Source: a virus
Reading direction: 5' to 3' (one strand)
DNA: 64,000 nucleotides
Virus record (IMG/VR): IMGVR_UViG_3300046501_000132
Span: 64,001 to 128,000 of that record
Positions 38,091 to 47,349 of the stretch are shown piece after piece. Each line of letters opens with the position of its first letter. The stretch's first letter is position 1. The position numbers were made by a program, and so were the translations under genes. A model generated the notes under the pieces. The model had not been told where the DNA came from and ran no database searches. It saw nothing but the letters and a program-made list of their open reading frames with translations.

Positions 38091-38693
38091 ATGCAAGCAC
38101 AAGCTCAAACCATCAAGATGATCGCGTCGTTCAACCGTGGGATCTACGTCCCTCTGATCGGGCGGAACGAGCAGCCGGCCAACGTTCACAACTTCCTGAA
38201 GGAAAAGGGAGCGCGGCTGAGCCTGGACCACATCAAGGCGATGATGGAAGGCCGCGAGCAGACGTTCAAGGACTTCGAACTGCTCGAAGTCTCGGGACAT
38301 CACGGTGGTGTCCAACAAGTCGAACCCGAAGCGCCCCGGCGCGGGGTTCCGGGTCGTTTGGCCCAGGCTCAAAACACTCCGCAAAAGGCGGACCTGAGGT
38401 CTACCGCCCCTGCGGTGGCTCGTGGCCGTGGTCGGGAGTACCCGCCGAGCGGTGATGATATCAAGCCGCTGAAGCGCGGAACGGTCTATGCGAACCTCAT
38501 GGAAATGCTCTTGAAGGGCGCGACCATGAAGGAAATGCTGGAATCGACCACCAACGCGACGGCTGGCGGAGTCAATGATGTTCTGTCGTGGCAGGTCAAG
38601 CATCGGGGCTATGGTCTCCGCTTCGACCAAGAAACCGGCAAGTATCACCTCGTGCTGCCGAAGGGCCACAAGGGGCTGACGTACCAGGGCTAA
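38091..38693 (+). CDS. early hypothetical protein, possible C-terminal winged helix
   Basis: GAGGA RBS, GC-rich codons, own promoter and downstream hairpin/T-tract (38706-38733). Confidence 0.75.
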   Translation: MQAQAQTIKMIASFNRGIYVPLIGRNEQPANVHNFLKEKGARLSLDHIKAMMEGREQTFKDFELLEVSGHHGGVQQVEPEAPRRGVPGRLAQAQNTPQKADLRSTAPAVARGRGREYPPSGDDIKPLKRGTVYANLMEMLLKGATMKEMLESTTNATAGGVNDVLSWQVKHRGYGLRFDQETGKYHLVLPKGHKGLTYQG

Positions 38694-38747
38694 CCAGCCA
38701 AATGAAAGGGCGACGCTTAGGCGTCGCTTTTTCTTTAGAGGCTGATC

Positions 38748-39074
38748 ATGAATCAACCCAGAAGTATTGAACAATACCTGTTATCAAAAGGGTGGGGAGA
38801 GTTTTTGCCCCACACGCGGGCGTTGTTCCTTGACGACGATATAGAGCGGGTAGGAGTATTTCTGGTCAGACGCACGGTCGTCTGGTTAGCAACAATAAAT
38901 AAGTTGATAAAGTTCTACGTGTGCTATAAAACGTACACCAAAGAACATCTGACTCTTGTTGACGGGCTAACGGGTGCTGAGATCGTGACGTTTCACTACA
39001 CGGTCGATACGCGGGAGATCAAGAATGTTATACTTGATTTCCTCTCCGACAACTGTCATGGAGTAGGGACGTGA
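38748..39074 (+). CDS. hypothetical protein
   Basis: 108-aa ORF with GAGG RBS. Confidence 0.65.
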   Translation: MNQPRSIEQYLLSKGWGEFLPHTRALFLDDDIERVGVFLVRRTVVWLATINKLIKFYVCYKTYTKEHLTLVDGLTGAEIVTFHYTVDTREIKNVILDFLSDNCHGVGT

Positions 39075-39271
39075 TTGTATATCATATAAATACACAATCT
39101 GTTCTTGAATTGGCGGAAATAATCGCCCGTATCAAGAAGCAGATCAACCCGCACAGTTGGTGTGTGACCAGAGACTGGGATAGTGACCAAAGCGATTCCG
39201 GTGTGCTCGCGTTCTTTGATCGCGAGGGACTGCGTATTGCTGAAATCCGAGAAGGAGAACGAAAACGCTAG
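39071..39271 (+). CDS. hypothetical protein
   Basis: 66-aa ORF, GTGA overlap. Confidence 0.6.
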   Translation: MIVYHINTQSVLELAEIIARIKKQINPHSWCVTRDWDSDQSDSGVLAFFDREGLRIAEIREGERKR

Positions 39272-39348
39272 TCAGGACTCACGCGCCACCAGTATTTGTT
39301 CTTAATGGGCGCGGGAAGGTTTCGCGCCCCTGATGAGTGGAGAAGTTC

Positions 39349-39936
39349 ATGAGTTCCTGGGTGGAAAATCAGCGTAAGGAGACGTTTCTGTTGTACCAGC
39401 GGTATCTAGGGTTAGTCCTGCATTTTCAGGACGGTTCTAGCTACGATTACACGCTATATAACGGAGGCACACGCGCTACCCTAGCGGCTTTCCTAAAGAA
39501 GCCAAAGACCGAGATAGCGAAGTTCATGCAGTTAAAGAACAAGCTGTCAGGAATCACGGCGGAAGAATTTCTGTTCGCCAATGCCCGATACGATAACCTT
39601 GAGATCAACAAGCTGTTACTACCGGACGCAATGCATAAGTATAGGGTGTGGAAACTACAGTATGGTGAGCCCGAATACTTCAAAGAAAGTGTCACCTTGC
39701 AGTTACAACACATGGTCAATACCCTCGGACCTAACACCGAGATAGCCGCCGTAGCAACTCGAATTCTTGATATGGGGAATGATCGCGGTTTGGAGCTGCT
39801 GGCTTGGCTCCTTCAAGAGAACCCGATCATCATCACCGACCTACGCCGCGAGGCGGAACAGAACGTCTTGAGAAAGATGTTACTGACGAAGGTCATCAAG
39901 GCCCAGAAGTTCTACAGTTACCTTTGTTTGATCTAA
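39349..39936 (+). CDS. gp59-like helicase loader
   Basis: Y..YL.L..HF...YDY..YNG..R....F.K N-terminal pattern, FLFAN. Confidence 0.6.
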   Translation: MSSWVENQRKETFLLYQRYLGLVLHFQDGSSYDYTLYNGGTRATLAAFLKKPKTEIAKFMQLKNKLSGITAEEFLFANARYDNLEINKLLLPDAMHKYRVWKLQYGEPEYFKESVTLQLQHMVNTLGPNTEIAAVATRILDMGNDRGLELLAWLLQENPIIITDLRREAEQNVLRKMLLTKVIKAQKFYSYLCLI

Positions 39937-39940
39937 AAGC

Positions 39941-39968
39941 AAAAGCCACCCCAACTGGGGTGGCTTTT
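39941..39968. terminator. bidirectional terminator
   Basis: AAAAGCCACCCC-AACT-GGGGTGGCTTTT. Confidence 0.85.
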
Positions 39969-39974
39969 CGCGTC

Positions 39975-40496
39975 TTACGCTTTCGGAATAATCGAGACTG
40001 GCGGAGCCCAGTTAGAATCTCGATTTGTGATATCCACAAAGTCAAATCCTGTGTAGGCAAACGTCGCCGTGCAGCTTACGTCGGTGTCGCGTCCGTCCGT
40101 ATCTAGTTCTAGGCTAGACAGAGAAATCGGGAAAGCGTCATAAAATTCCACCTCAATCCCTTGGAATCGTTTATCGTTCCCCACAAAGTGGACGAAAACT
40201 GAAGTAGAATCCTCTATCCCTCGCTGGGTATTTGAGCGCATCCACTTGAACATCTTGACGTAATTCAGCAAATTCTCATCAATTAGAAATTCAACTTCCA
40301 GATTATCGAACTGTAGGTGGTCCCCTGAGGTCTGCATGACAAACTCTCTACGGTTTCCGATTGCGGTAACTCCTGCGTTCACTTCCGGTAGTTGGAACTT
40401 GGTCAGCTTGATCACCAGTTCCTCTTGACCTGGGATGAAGGCGATCCAGTTTGCACCGCCCATATTGTTTAGAGTAGGGGTGTTAATGTTAGCCAT
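39975..40496 (-). CDS. tail tube terminator/completion protein gp3
   Basis: FQLPEV..G, GDHLQFDNLEVEFLIDENLLNY..MFKWM, FYDAFPISLS. Confidence 0.85.
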   Translation of the reverse strand: MANINTPTLNNMGGANWIAFIPGQEELVIKLTKFQLPEVNAGVTAIGNRREFVMQTSGDHLQFDNLEVEFLIDENLLNYVKMFKWMRSNTQRGIEDSTSVFVHFVGNDKRFQGIEVEFYDAFPISLSSLELDTDGRDTDVSCTATFAYTGFDFVDITNRDSNWAPPVSIIPKA

Positions 40497-40535
40497 TTAT
40501 TGTTCCTATTACATACGGTTCTCATATGAACCATA

Positions 40536-40564
40536 TTTACTTTTTACATAGACGCATATATAAT
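40536..40564 (+). promoter_or_regulatory. sigma70-type promoter overlapping a minus-strand late TAAATA
   Basis: TTTACT-17nt-TATAAT; TATTTA at 40534-40539. Confidence 0.7.
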
Positions 40565-40636
40565 ATTTAGACGGTCGGATAAGAAAATGTAATAACCTTC
40601 GACTGGTGTAATTTTCTGTGAGTTAAACAATTTCTA

Positions 40637-41335
40637 ATGTCGTCGCTACGTGAAGCCCTGAAGTCTGTCAAGAGTAATATCCATGTTTTGCCTTCCGCTC
40701 CCAGGAAACCTGCTACGCGGCAACCGAAGAAGGCGGAAGTTGTACCTATTAGGCCAAAGCAGTACGTCTGCGGGCAAGAAGTTCAGTGGGCTTCGTATGA
40801 GGGTCAACGCCAAAAGGTTCCCTTTGTGAAGAAGGATGGTGATTGTGGGTTCTATGTAACCTATCCCACCAAGAACGAAGATATCAAGCTGCCTGAAGGA
40901 ACGGTAAGGGCTAGCTACAACTTCGAGAAGAAACGAGTTGAGTTCTTTAAGGCGGGATCGAAAGAACCGATCCGCTATGTGAACAATGCTCGTCATGAAC
41001 CGCTCCCGGTCCCTGCGTATATGTCAGACCTGGAGAAAATTGAGGAAGTCTTTGACATCGACCTGGAAACGGGCGAGATCACTGATGAACTCCGGATTGA
41101 TGTACTACCGGAAGGGGTCCACTGGAAGCTACGATTGCAAGAGTTTGAAGCTCAGCAGATCAAGGCCGGTGTGGAACAAAAGGCAATCACTTTCCGTCTT
41201 CAACGGTATCTCAAGAACCTGGAAGCCCTGCGAGGCGTGACGGTTGAGATGCTGGCCGCGCCGATTCCCGATGGTGTCAAGGATGCAATCGAGTATTCGG
41301 AAAAGAAACGACACGCTATTGCTGTGGGAAAGTAA
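40637..41335 (+). CDS. hypothetical protein
   Basis: 232-aa ORF. Confidence 0.75.
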   Translation: MSSLREALKSVKSNIHVLPSAPRKPATRQPKKAEVVPIRPKQYVCGQEVQWASYEGQRQKVPFVKKDGDCGFYVTYPTKNEDIKLPEGTVRASYNFEKKRVEFFKAGSKEPIRYVNNARHEPLPVPAYMSDLEKIEEVFDIDLETGEITDELRIDVLPEGVHWKLRLQEFEAQQIKAGVEQKAITFRLQRYLKNLEALRGVTVEMLAAPIPDGVKDAIEYSEKKRHAIAVGK

Positions 41336-41755
41336 ATGGAAATCAAAGAGACTCCGCTGGATCTGAACGCTCTGCCGAAGAAGTTCTACATCTTCGTGCC
41401 GGATATGTCGGCTTTTGGTACGGCTCAACAAGTACTCAACGGCCTGATCGGCGCGCGTTGGAGGGGCCTGGAGCCCAAATGGTTGGAGAAACCGTTTGAG
41501 ACTCAATATCTGTATCAGACGGATGCGCATTATTTGTTCTGTGAATATAATGATGTATACAAGACGTGGGTGTTGACTTGGAGTCATGAGCTTGGATATT
41601 GTAATTCCGATCTGCCTGAAGTTGTGATTGGTCACAAGTATTTCTTGTCGGAAAAGACGGAACTCATTGATGTTGGCGGGACGATGTATCCGCTACGTGA
41701 CGTTAAGTCGGCGCTGGAATTCCTTCAGGTGAGTCCTGCGAAAGATGTTCAATAA
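41336..41755 (+). CDS. hypothetical protein (paralogue of 42324-42725)
   Basis: shares PL...LPKKF.I.V, A.Q..L and V..AL..[LM].V.P. Confidence 0.75.
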   Translation: MEIKETPLDLNALPKKFYIFVPDMSAFGTAQQVLNGLIGARWRGLEPKWLEKPFETQYLYQTDAHYLFCEYNDVYKTWVLTWSHELGYCNSDLPEVVIGHKYFLSEKTELIDVGGTMYPLRDVKSALEFLQVSPAKDVQ

Positions 41756-41939
41756 GGAATGGGCGTTTGCCGTATCCGAGACTTTGAGGAATGACCCACA
41801 AGGGCGGGTCGCCTCTGAAGTAATCTTTGAGGCCAAGGGTTATAAGCCTCGTATGCCCGATGACGTCTATTTGCCCATTGACTGGGCAGAACCAAAGGAA
41901 GAAGATTTAACCGATGACTATCCAAAAGATGAATCCTGA
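41745..41939 (+). CDS. hypothetical protein
   Basis: 64-aa ORF in packed operon. Confidence 0.55.
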   Translation: MFNKEWAFAVSETLRNDPQGRVASEVIFEAKGYKPRMPDDVYLPIDWAEPKEEDLTDDYPKDES

Positions 41940-42324
41940 AGTCAAGTCCCTATGGCTGGCTGCGTTGCGTAGTGGTCAGTTCGAGCAGGGCCGTGACAAT
42001 CTGTGTAATAATGGGCAATATTGTTGTCTTGGTGTATTGGCCCAGTTGCACCACAATGCTAACCCGGAAGCTGTGATTCTGTCGAAAAGAGGTGTGATCA
42101 TTGAACGGATTTATTTCAATGATGAAGATGCCATTCTACCGAAGGCAACCAAGGCATGGGCAGGCTTGAATGGGTCGAATCCTGATATCATGTACAATGG
42201 TGGTCGTACTCAGATCACGGTATTGAACGATGGTGGTCACGCCACCAACGGATTGGGCGTGCCTGAGGCGATCATGCCGCTGTCGTTCAAAGAAATCGCT
42301 GACCTTATTGAGGTGCAATTCTGA
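41914..42324 (+). CDS. phage hypothetical protein
   Basis: W..ALRSG.F.QG...L....YCCLGVL..LND..SFKEIADLIE. Confidence 0.75.
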   Translation: MTIQKMNPEVKSLWLAALRSGQFEQGRDNLCNNGQYCCLGVLAQLHHNANPEAVILSKRGVIIERIYFNDEDAILPKATKAWAGLNGSNPDIMYNGGRTQITVLNDGGHATNGLGVPEAIMPLSFKEIADLIEVQF

Positions 42325-42725
42325 TGAGCGCAGTAGAATTGAAGAAGATTCCGCTGACCGACGATAATTTGCCTAAGAAGTTTGCAATTGTTGTTGGGGA
42401 TCGTGAGACTTCGAAGGCAGTCCAGCATATCCTGTTTGATATGGGAGTCAGTTGGAACTCTGGTTACGCCAGGCCAAATTATCTGGATGCTGAGGTTCTC
42501 TTTGTGACAGAGCGTGTCCACCACGGCTACCAATTTTCCTATGGTGATCTTTCCTATTACAAGCGTGAGTGGGAAGGCAAGTATCCCACCATCCAAGTTG
42601 AGAAGGAAGTTATCACCAACTATTCGTTGATGTTGGAATCGCGCCAAGTCGTCATTGACGGCAAGGCGTATGATGAGGGCAAGGTACTGGAAGCCCTGCG
42701 TGATATGGGAGTAGAGCCGCTGTGA
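42324..42725 (+). CDS. hypothetical protein (paralogue of 41336-41755)
   Basis: see paralogue. Confidence 0.75.
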   Translation: MSAVELKKIPLTDDNLPKKFAIVVGDRETSKAVQHILFDMGVSWNSGYARPNYLDAEVLFVTERVHHGYQFSYGDLSYYKREWEGKYPTIQVEKEVITNYSLMLESRQVVIDGKAYDEGKVLEALRDMGVEPL

Positions 42726-43153
42726 GCAAATTTGAACATACCCGCAAGGCGTTTGAGGATCGTACATTCAACCGAAGATTCCTCTGCGGCATCACGAAGG
42801 TTAGTGATAGTCAGTTCGCATTTGCAGTGAACTGCCCTCCGCAGCACGAGTTTGTGCAACGCGGTGATGATGGCGAATATCTGGATGAAACGCTCCGGAT
42901 TATGTGGTGGGCCTGGAATGAGGCAATGGAAGAATCCACCAAGCTGAAACCGTTCTTCGCCAACTTCGAAGGTCGTTATCTAGGCGCCACTGCGTTTGTG
43001 GTCGCTAAGAACAAAGAAGATGCGTTGTCGATTATTAATGATCATCGCGTATTGAACGGCATTTCGGATAAGACCGCCCCCTCGCCTGACGAGGTTGAAG
43101 AAGTTGTCCTGACCGTCGAGGGATGTCCATATTTTGATAATGGAGATTATTGA
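42722..43153 (+). CDS. hypothetical protein
   Basis: 143-aa ORF, overlapping starts/stops. Confidence 0.7.
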   Translation: MSKFEHTRKAFEDRTFNRRFLCGITKVSDSQFAFAVNCPPQHEFVQRGDDGEYLDETLRIMWWAWNEAMEESTKLKPFFANFEGRYLGATAFVVAKNKEDALSIINDHRVLNGISDKTAPSPDEVEEVVLTVEGCPYFDNGDY

Positions 43154-43380
43154 TGCGGTTGAATACAACTTTTGAGGGAGAACCTGAAGAACGTGGTTAT
43201 CTAACCCGGAAGATCACAGTGGATCCATTCAAGGTGACTTCTGTTGAAACGAATGAATGTGGTAAGAATATCATCAGGCTGGACAATGGTGATGGATTCA
43301 TTGTGAATTCCAAAGTTCCTGTGACCGAGATTCTTCAAAAGATCGAAGATGGTCGCAACGCTATCGTCCGTAGGCTGTAA
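43150..43380 (+). CDS. hypothetical protein
   Basis: 76-aa ORF ending at terminator. Confidence 0.65.
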   Translation: MMRLNTTFEGEPEERGYLTRKITVDPFKVTSVETNECGKNIIRLDNGDGFIVNSKVPVTEILQKIEDGRNAIVRRL

Positions 43381-43384
43381 AGCA

Positions 43385-43414
43385 AAAATGACCGGGAGAA
43401 ATCCCGGTCATTTT
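43385..43414. terminator. bidirectional terminator
   Basis: AAAATGACCGGGA-GAAA-TCCCGGTCATTTT. Confidence 0.85.
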
Positions 43415-43416
43415 GT

Positions 43417-44187
43417 TTAGATCATAGCAAGAACCCTGCCTGTGACAACCAGGTTGGGTAGCGTCGTTGTTACGACTAGATTGACGTTGTTTCCGCTAAT
43501 CGAAGATGAAAGGCTGTAGAGGTTGGAGACATTCCCAACTTCATTGTATACGGAAATGTATGTGTCCGATCCGATCACAGTAACAATCGCTTCCTGGATC
43601 TGACGTTGAGAGCCAACTGAGTTCGAAACCGATACCAGAACCTTCATCGTATTGTAACGATCCTTGCGGAATGAGAATAAGTTGTTTGGTCCAGCAGAGA
43701 CAATCGTTGTCGGAGTCGTTCCACCAGTATTATACAACCTGATCTTCGCCCAAGATGATGTTGTCGTGTCCCAACGCGAGAATTCTGATAGTCCATCCCC
43801 AGATCCATCGTCTTGGATAAACGTTACCTCATTTCCGGTATAGCCTGTATATTCAGAAGACAACGCCGCAGTACGTTCAGCTGCGTTCGTGAACACACCT
43901 CTAAATGAAGTGGAGCGAGTTAGATAATTGATCTTGCTATACTCAGCATCGGTTAGGACGTGGGTATTTGCATTCGAAAGCAACTGAGTCTTAATGTTGG
44001 CTGGAAGGTTATTGGCGTCAACCATTCCCTTCAGAATCTTAGCCAACTCAGCGGATGCAACCTTCTGAGTTCCGCCTGAGAAGTCGTTCACGATAAGCGA
44101 AGCACTCAACGCTCCGCGCATTTCGGCAATCGCCTGGTCAATTTCTTGTCCAGTGAATACTGAGATATACTTTTGTGGTGTAGCCAT
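43417..44187 (-). CDS. probable virion structural protein
   Basis: Ser/Thr/Asn-rich, beta-rich C-terminus; late-type CTAAATA upstream (44251-44257, minus). Confidence 0.6.
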   Translation of the reverse strand: MATPQKYISVFTGQEIDQAIAEMRGALSASLIVNDFSGGTQKVASAELAKILKGMVDANNLPANIKTQLLSNANTHVLTDAEYSKINYLTRSTSFRGVFTNAAERTAALSSEYTGYTGNEVTFIQDDGSGDGLSEFSRWDTTTSSWAKIRLYNTGGTTPTTIVSAGPNNLFSFRKDRYNTMKVLVSVSNSVGSQRQIQEAIVTVIGSDTYISVYNEVGNVSNLYSLSSSISGNNVNLVVTTTLPNLVVTGRVLAMI

Positions 44188-44265
44188 TATTGGTCCTTAA
44201 AGGTCTGACCCTTCATTTCCAGGCCATAAATTCATAGTGAGTGATATTAATATTTAGTTTTTAGC

Positions 44266-44294
44266 TTTACTATGCTATGTAAACGTAGTAGACT
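44266..44294 (+). promoter_or_regulatory. sigma70-type promoter of the glycosyltransferase operon
   Basis: TTTACT-17nt-TAGACT. Confidence 0.6.
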
Positions 44295-44322
44295 AGAGTT
44301 TAAGATATGGAGAATATGTAAT

Positions 44323-45549
44323 ATGAAAATTGCGGCTATCTATTGGCCCACTTCCTCGGTTGGAGGAATTAACTCGGTGCTCGTCGCTCTCCGGAAGGAA
44401 GCAGAGGCCAACGGAGACACTTTTGATGTGATCCGTTGTGGGAATCTGAAGACGATCAACCCGACCAAATTCGATGAACCGCAGCTGATTCGCGGCGGCG
44501 ACACGTTCATCACCGTCCATGGCGAGTGCTCTCACCACCCGGACAAAGTTCAAGGCACGGTCAAGTTCTTGGAAGAGAACTATGACGCGCTATACTTCGC
44601 ATACATCTGTCCTCATGCCAATAAGGCTTATGGGGATGATCCGGTATTCTTGCCGATCTATACTGACACCAAACTCCCGAAGGTCGCATTCATCACGGAT
44701 GCTTACTGGGACACATACAAAGACTGGGGCCTGATGTGCCTCCCTCACGTCAAGAAGACGTTGGTGACTCAACCCGCCTACGCGGAGCCGCTTCTGAAGT
44801 ATGGACTGCCGGTTCAAGCAATTGATGCGCCGATCTTTCCTCAAGACGTAAGTCACATCAAGCGTTCGGAAGAACCGCTGGTGGTCTGGACTTCCCAATG
44901 GAAGAACATCAAGGGAATTACCAAGCTGATGCCGGTAATTCCCGAGATCACCAAGGTCGCCAAGATGGATATGTTCTCCAATGGTATCCTGTATTACCAG
45001 ATGCGAGAAACCGATGAGTGGAAGGCGGCAATCGGTCGAGATCACTTCAAGGGATTCGATGGTCAAGGTGAAGCAGATTTCTTTGGCTATGTTCCCCTGG
45101 AGCAAATTCCTGAGATTCTGAAGCACTCGTGGTTCATGATTGACCTTCAGGGAATCGGCAATCCGAAATTCAAGGCATATACGCAAGGTGCGTATAATAT
45201 CACGACAATCGAAGCGCTGTTGTATGGCTCGTGCCCGATCCTAGCCGATCAAGCCAAGCGTTCGATCATCCCTAATGAATTCTTCCTGACCGTTGAAGAC
45301 GCGCGTCAGATTCCGGACCTGATCAAGAATAATCTGAAGTTCGCTCGCGATCAAGATCGTATCGCCGCTGCGCGGGAATGGGTTCTGGAACGCCATTCGT
45401 CCAGCAATATGTATAAGCAAGTGATCGATGCTCTGAACGGGCCGGACCCAGAACCGTTCGATCCAAGCAAGATCGTAGAAGCCGCGCCTGAACCGGAAAA
45501 GAAGCCGGAACCTGCCGCTGCTATGGATATGTTCAATATGTTTGTGTGA
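44323..45549 (+). CDS. GT-B fold glycosyltransferase
   Basis: MKIA..GGI N-terminus, KNIKGI, FFGYVP..IPEIL, TTIEALLYGSCPI. Confidence 0.75.
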   Translation: MKIAAIYWPTSSVGGINSVLVALRKEAEANGDTFDVIRCGNLKTINPTKFDEPQLIRGGDTFITVHGECSHHPDKVQGTVKFLEENYDALYFAYICPHANKAYGDDPVFLPIYTDTKLPKVAFITDAYWDTYKDWGLMCLPHVKKTLVTQPAYAEPLLKYGLPVQAIDAPIFPQDVSHIKRSEEPLVVWTSQWKNIKGITKLMPVIPEITKVAKMDMFSNGILYYQMRETDEWKAAIGRDHFKGFDGQGEADFFGYVPLEQIPEILKHSWFMIDLQGIGNPKFKAYTQGAYNITTIEALLYGSCPILADQAKRSIIPNEFFLTVEDARQIPDLIKNNLKFARDQDRIAAAREWVLERHSSSNMYKQVIDALNGPDPEPFDPSKIVEAAPEPEKKPEPAAAMDMFNMFV

Positions 45550-45552
45550 TCT

Positions 45553-46116
45553 ATGACGACATTTTACGTGCTGGAAGCCCACATTGACGATTCGTTCTTG
45601 TCGATGCACCGTCATATGACGGATTGGATCAAACAGGGCCATACCGTGATCATCGGTTCAGTCTACACCGGAGGTCGGAAACGCGACACGGAAATCAAGG
45701 CTTACGCTGAGCTCATAGGAGCCTCTACGCACTGCTATTTCCATGACCCTGAGCTAGACCCAGACCTGGGTGAGTTCACGCTCCCTAGCTCATTTATGCT
45801 GGGCCGTGAAGCACTCACAATCGTATGTCCTATCGCTATCCAGAACCACCAGCACGTGAAGCTGAGGGAATGGGTGGAGAAGTCGGTCAAGCCCGATCTG
45901 TATTACTTGGACATTCCGTACTACACCAAGGCCAAGAACGAAGACGAGGTCAACGAGAAGCTGAAAGGCTTCAAGATTGTGAGTGTGAAGAAGCCAACTC
46001 ACATGAAGGGCAAGGACAAGTACTGGAAGTGCTTCAAAGGACAATCCAAGTATTTCTTCTATAACCCGCCTGAGAGTTGGGTTCAGATTCCGGAAATCCT
46101 ATTGGAGAAAGAATGA
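45553..46116 (+). CDS. PIG-L/LmbE-like N-deacetylase
   Basis: VLEAHIDDSFLS (HxDD), R..E, P...NHQH, YLDIPYY, F.GQ. Confidence 0.65.
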   Translation: MTTFYVLEAHIDDSFLSMHRHMTDWIKQGHTVIIGSVYTGGRKRDTEIKAYAELIGASTHCYFHDPELDPDLGEFTLPSSFMLGREALTIVCPIAIQNHQHVKLREWVEKSVKPDLYYLDIPYYTKAKNEDEVNEKLKGFKIVSVKKPTHMKGKDKYWKCFKGQSKYFFYNPPESWVQIPEILLEKE

Positions 46117-47348
46117 AGATCATTATCTATGATAACTTCGTTTGCTCTCCGATGGAAGGTCGTGGTGCGGCGGGTGGTCTGGAGAAGGTGGCGAAGGATG
46201 ATGCTTTCAATCTGACTCGCGCTGGTCATGATGTGATCTTCTTGTATGCGGGACATCAATGCAAGTATGACTTCCCGTTCCGGACGATGCAAGTTCACGA
46301 GAAGTCGAAAGAAGACGTCATCGAGCAAGACGGTAGCATCGTCGCTTGGCAGAATCGGGTCGTGGCGAATGTGATCAACATTATCAAGCGTGAAGAGCCT
46401 GATATCATGTTGTATCATAGTCATACGACTTCCCCGGCCAAGAAGATCATCAAGGAAACTGGAATCCCGACGCTGATGACGATTCACGGGTTCCTGACGG
46501 GCAATCTGTTTATCGACACCGGGCGGATCACCGCCTATCGTGAACTTTGTGAAATGGGCGCGTATCTGGTCACCAATACAGAAGCCACCGGAAAGCGCAT
46601 CTTCAAGCAGGCAAAGTTGGTTCGTGATCGCTACGTCAAGAACGAGCAGGATTATTGGAACTTCGTCCGAATCATTGATGATCAGCTTCCGTTCTATCAT
46701 GACTTCCACCGGACATTCATGTTCGTGGAAGAAGAATTTGAGATCAAGGAATCGAGCGGGCGGGCGATCACCGCATCCCGCGCCGATCCTCTGAAGCTGA
46801 CCCACAAGTTCAAGGACATCAAGCACCCGCTGGACATCTTCTGGAAGTCGTTCCCATCGACAAGTAAGACTTATCCCAAGTGGCTTGAAACCAACCGTGG
46901 ATACTTCGGGGATAATCCTGATATCAAGTTCTATTGGAATTGGAAGTATAGCGGTATCATGGATACGTTCTCTCAAGCCAAGGCGTGTCTGATTACCTGG
47001 CCGGATGAGACTTTCGGATTGACTGCATTCGAAGCCGCACAAAAGGGCGTGCCGTCGATCTGTATGCATAAGGGTGAACTCAGTTGTACGGCTGAGTTCC
47101 TGTCGCGTGTTAGCAAGCCAGTTCTCATCGACTATCGGGACAAGAACTTCGTCGATCAAGTTGTAGATGCGCTCAATAATATCGATGATAGTCTTCATAC
47201 TCGTCAGGCTTTCGCAGAGGACTTCCGTACATACTTCAGCTATACTAGCTGGGTGAATGAGAAAGAGGAATTTATGCGCAGAGCGATCAATATGATGAAA
47301 GAGGTTGGTCGGCCTGAACCGAGTTCCCTGTTTAACGATTGGAGCTGA
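46113..47348 (+). CDS. GT-B (GT4-like) glycosyltransferase
   Basis: MKII..GGLEK, L.RAGHDV, PDIMLYHS, TIHG, ETFGLTAFEAAQKGVP. Confidence 0.85.
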   Translation: MKIIIYDNFVCSPMEGRGAAGGLEKVAKDDAFNLTRAGHDVIFLYAGHQCKYDFPFRTMQVHEKSKEDVIEQDGSIVAWQNRVVANVINIIKREEPDIMLYHSHTTSPAKKIIKETGIPTLMTIHGFLTGNLFIDTGRITAYRELCEMGAYLVTNTEATGKRIFKQAKLVRDRYVKNEQDYWNFVRIIDDQLPFYHDFHRTFMFVEEEFEIKESSGRAITASRADPLKLTHKFKDIKHPLDIFWKSFPSTSKTYPKWLETNRGYFGDNPDIKFYWNWKYSGIMDTFSQAKACLITWPDETFGLTAFEAAQKGVPSICMHKGELSCTAEFLSRVSKPVLIDYRDKNFVDQVVDALNNIDDSLHTRQAFAEDFRTYFSYTSWVNEKEEFMRRAINMMKEVGRPEPSSLFNDWS

Positions 47349-47349
47349 T

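Noticed and set aside
39290-39360. Hairpin GGGCGCG/CGCGCCC followed by CTGATGAG, resembling a hammerhead ribozyme core
   Set aside because: No GAAA after the putative stem II (reads GAGT) and no NUH cleavage triplet before stem I
46083-47198. 371-aa antisense ORF over glycosyltransferase 2 (also 37893-38774, 29929-30630, 28235-28864 and similar)
   Set aside because: Shadow frames of real genes; no RBS or recognisable motifs
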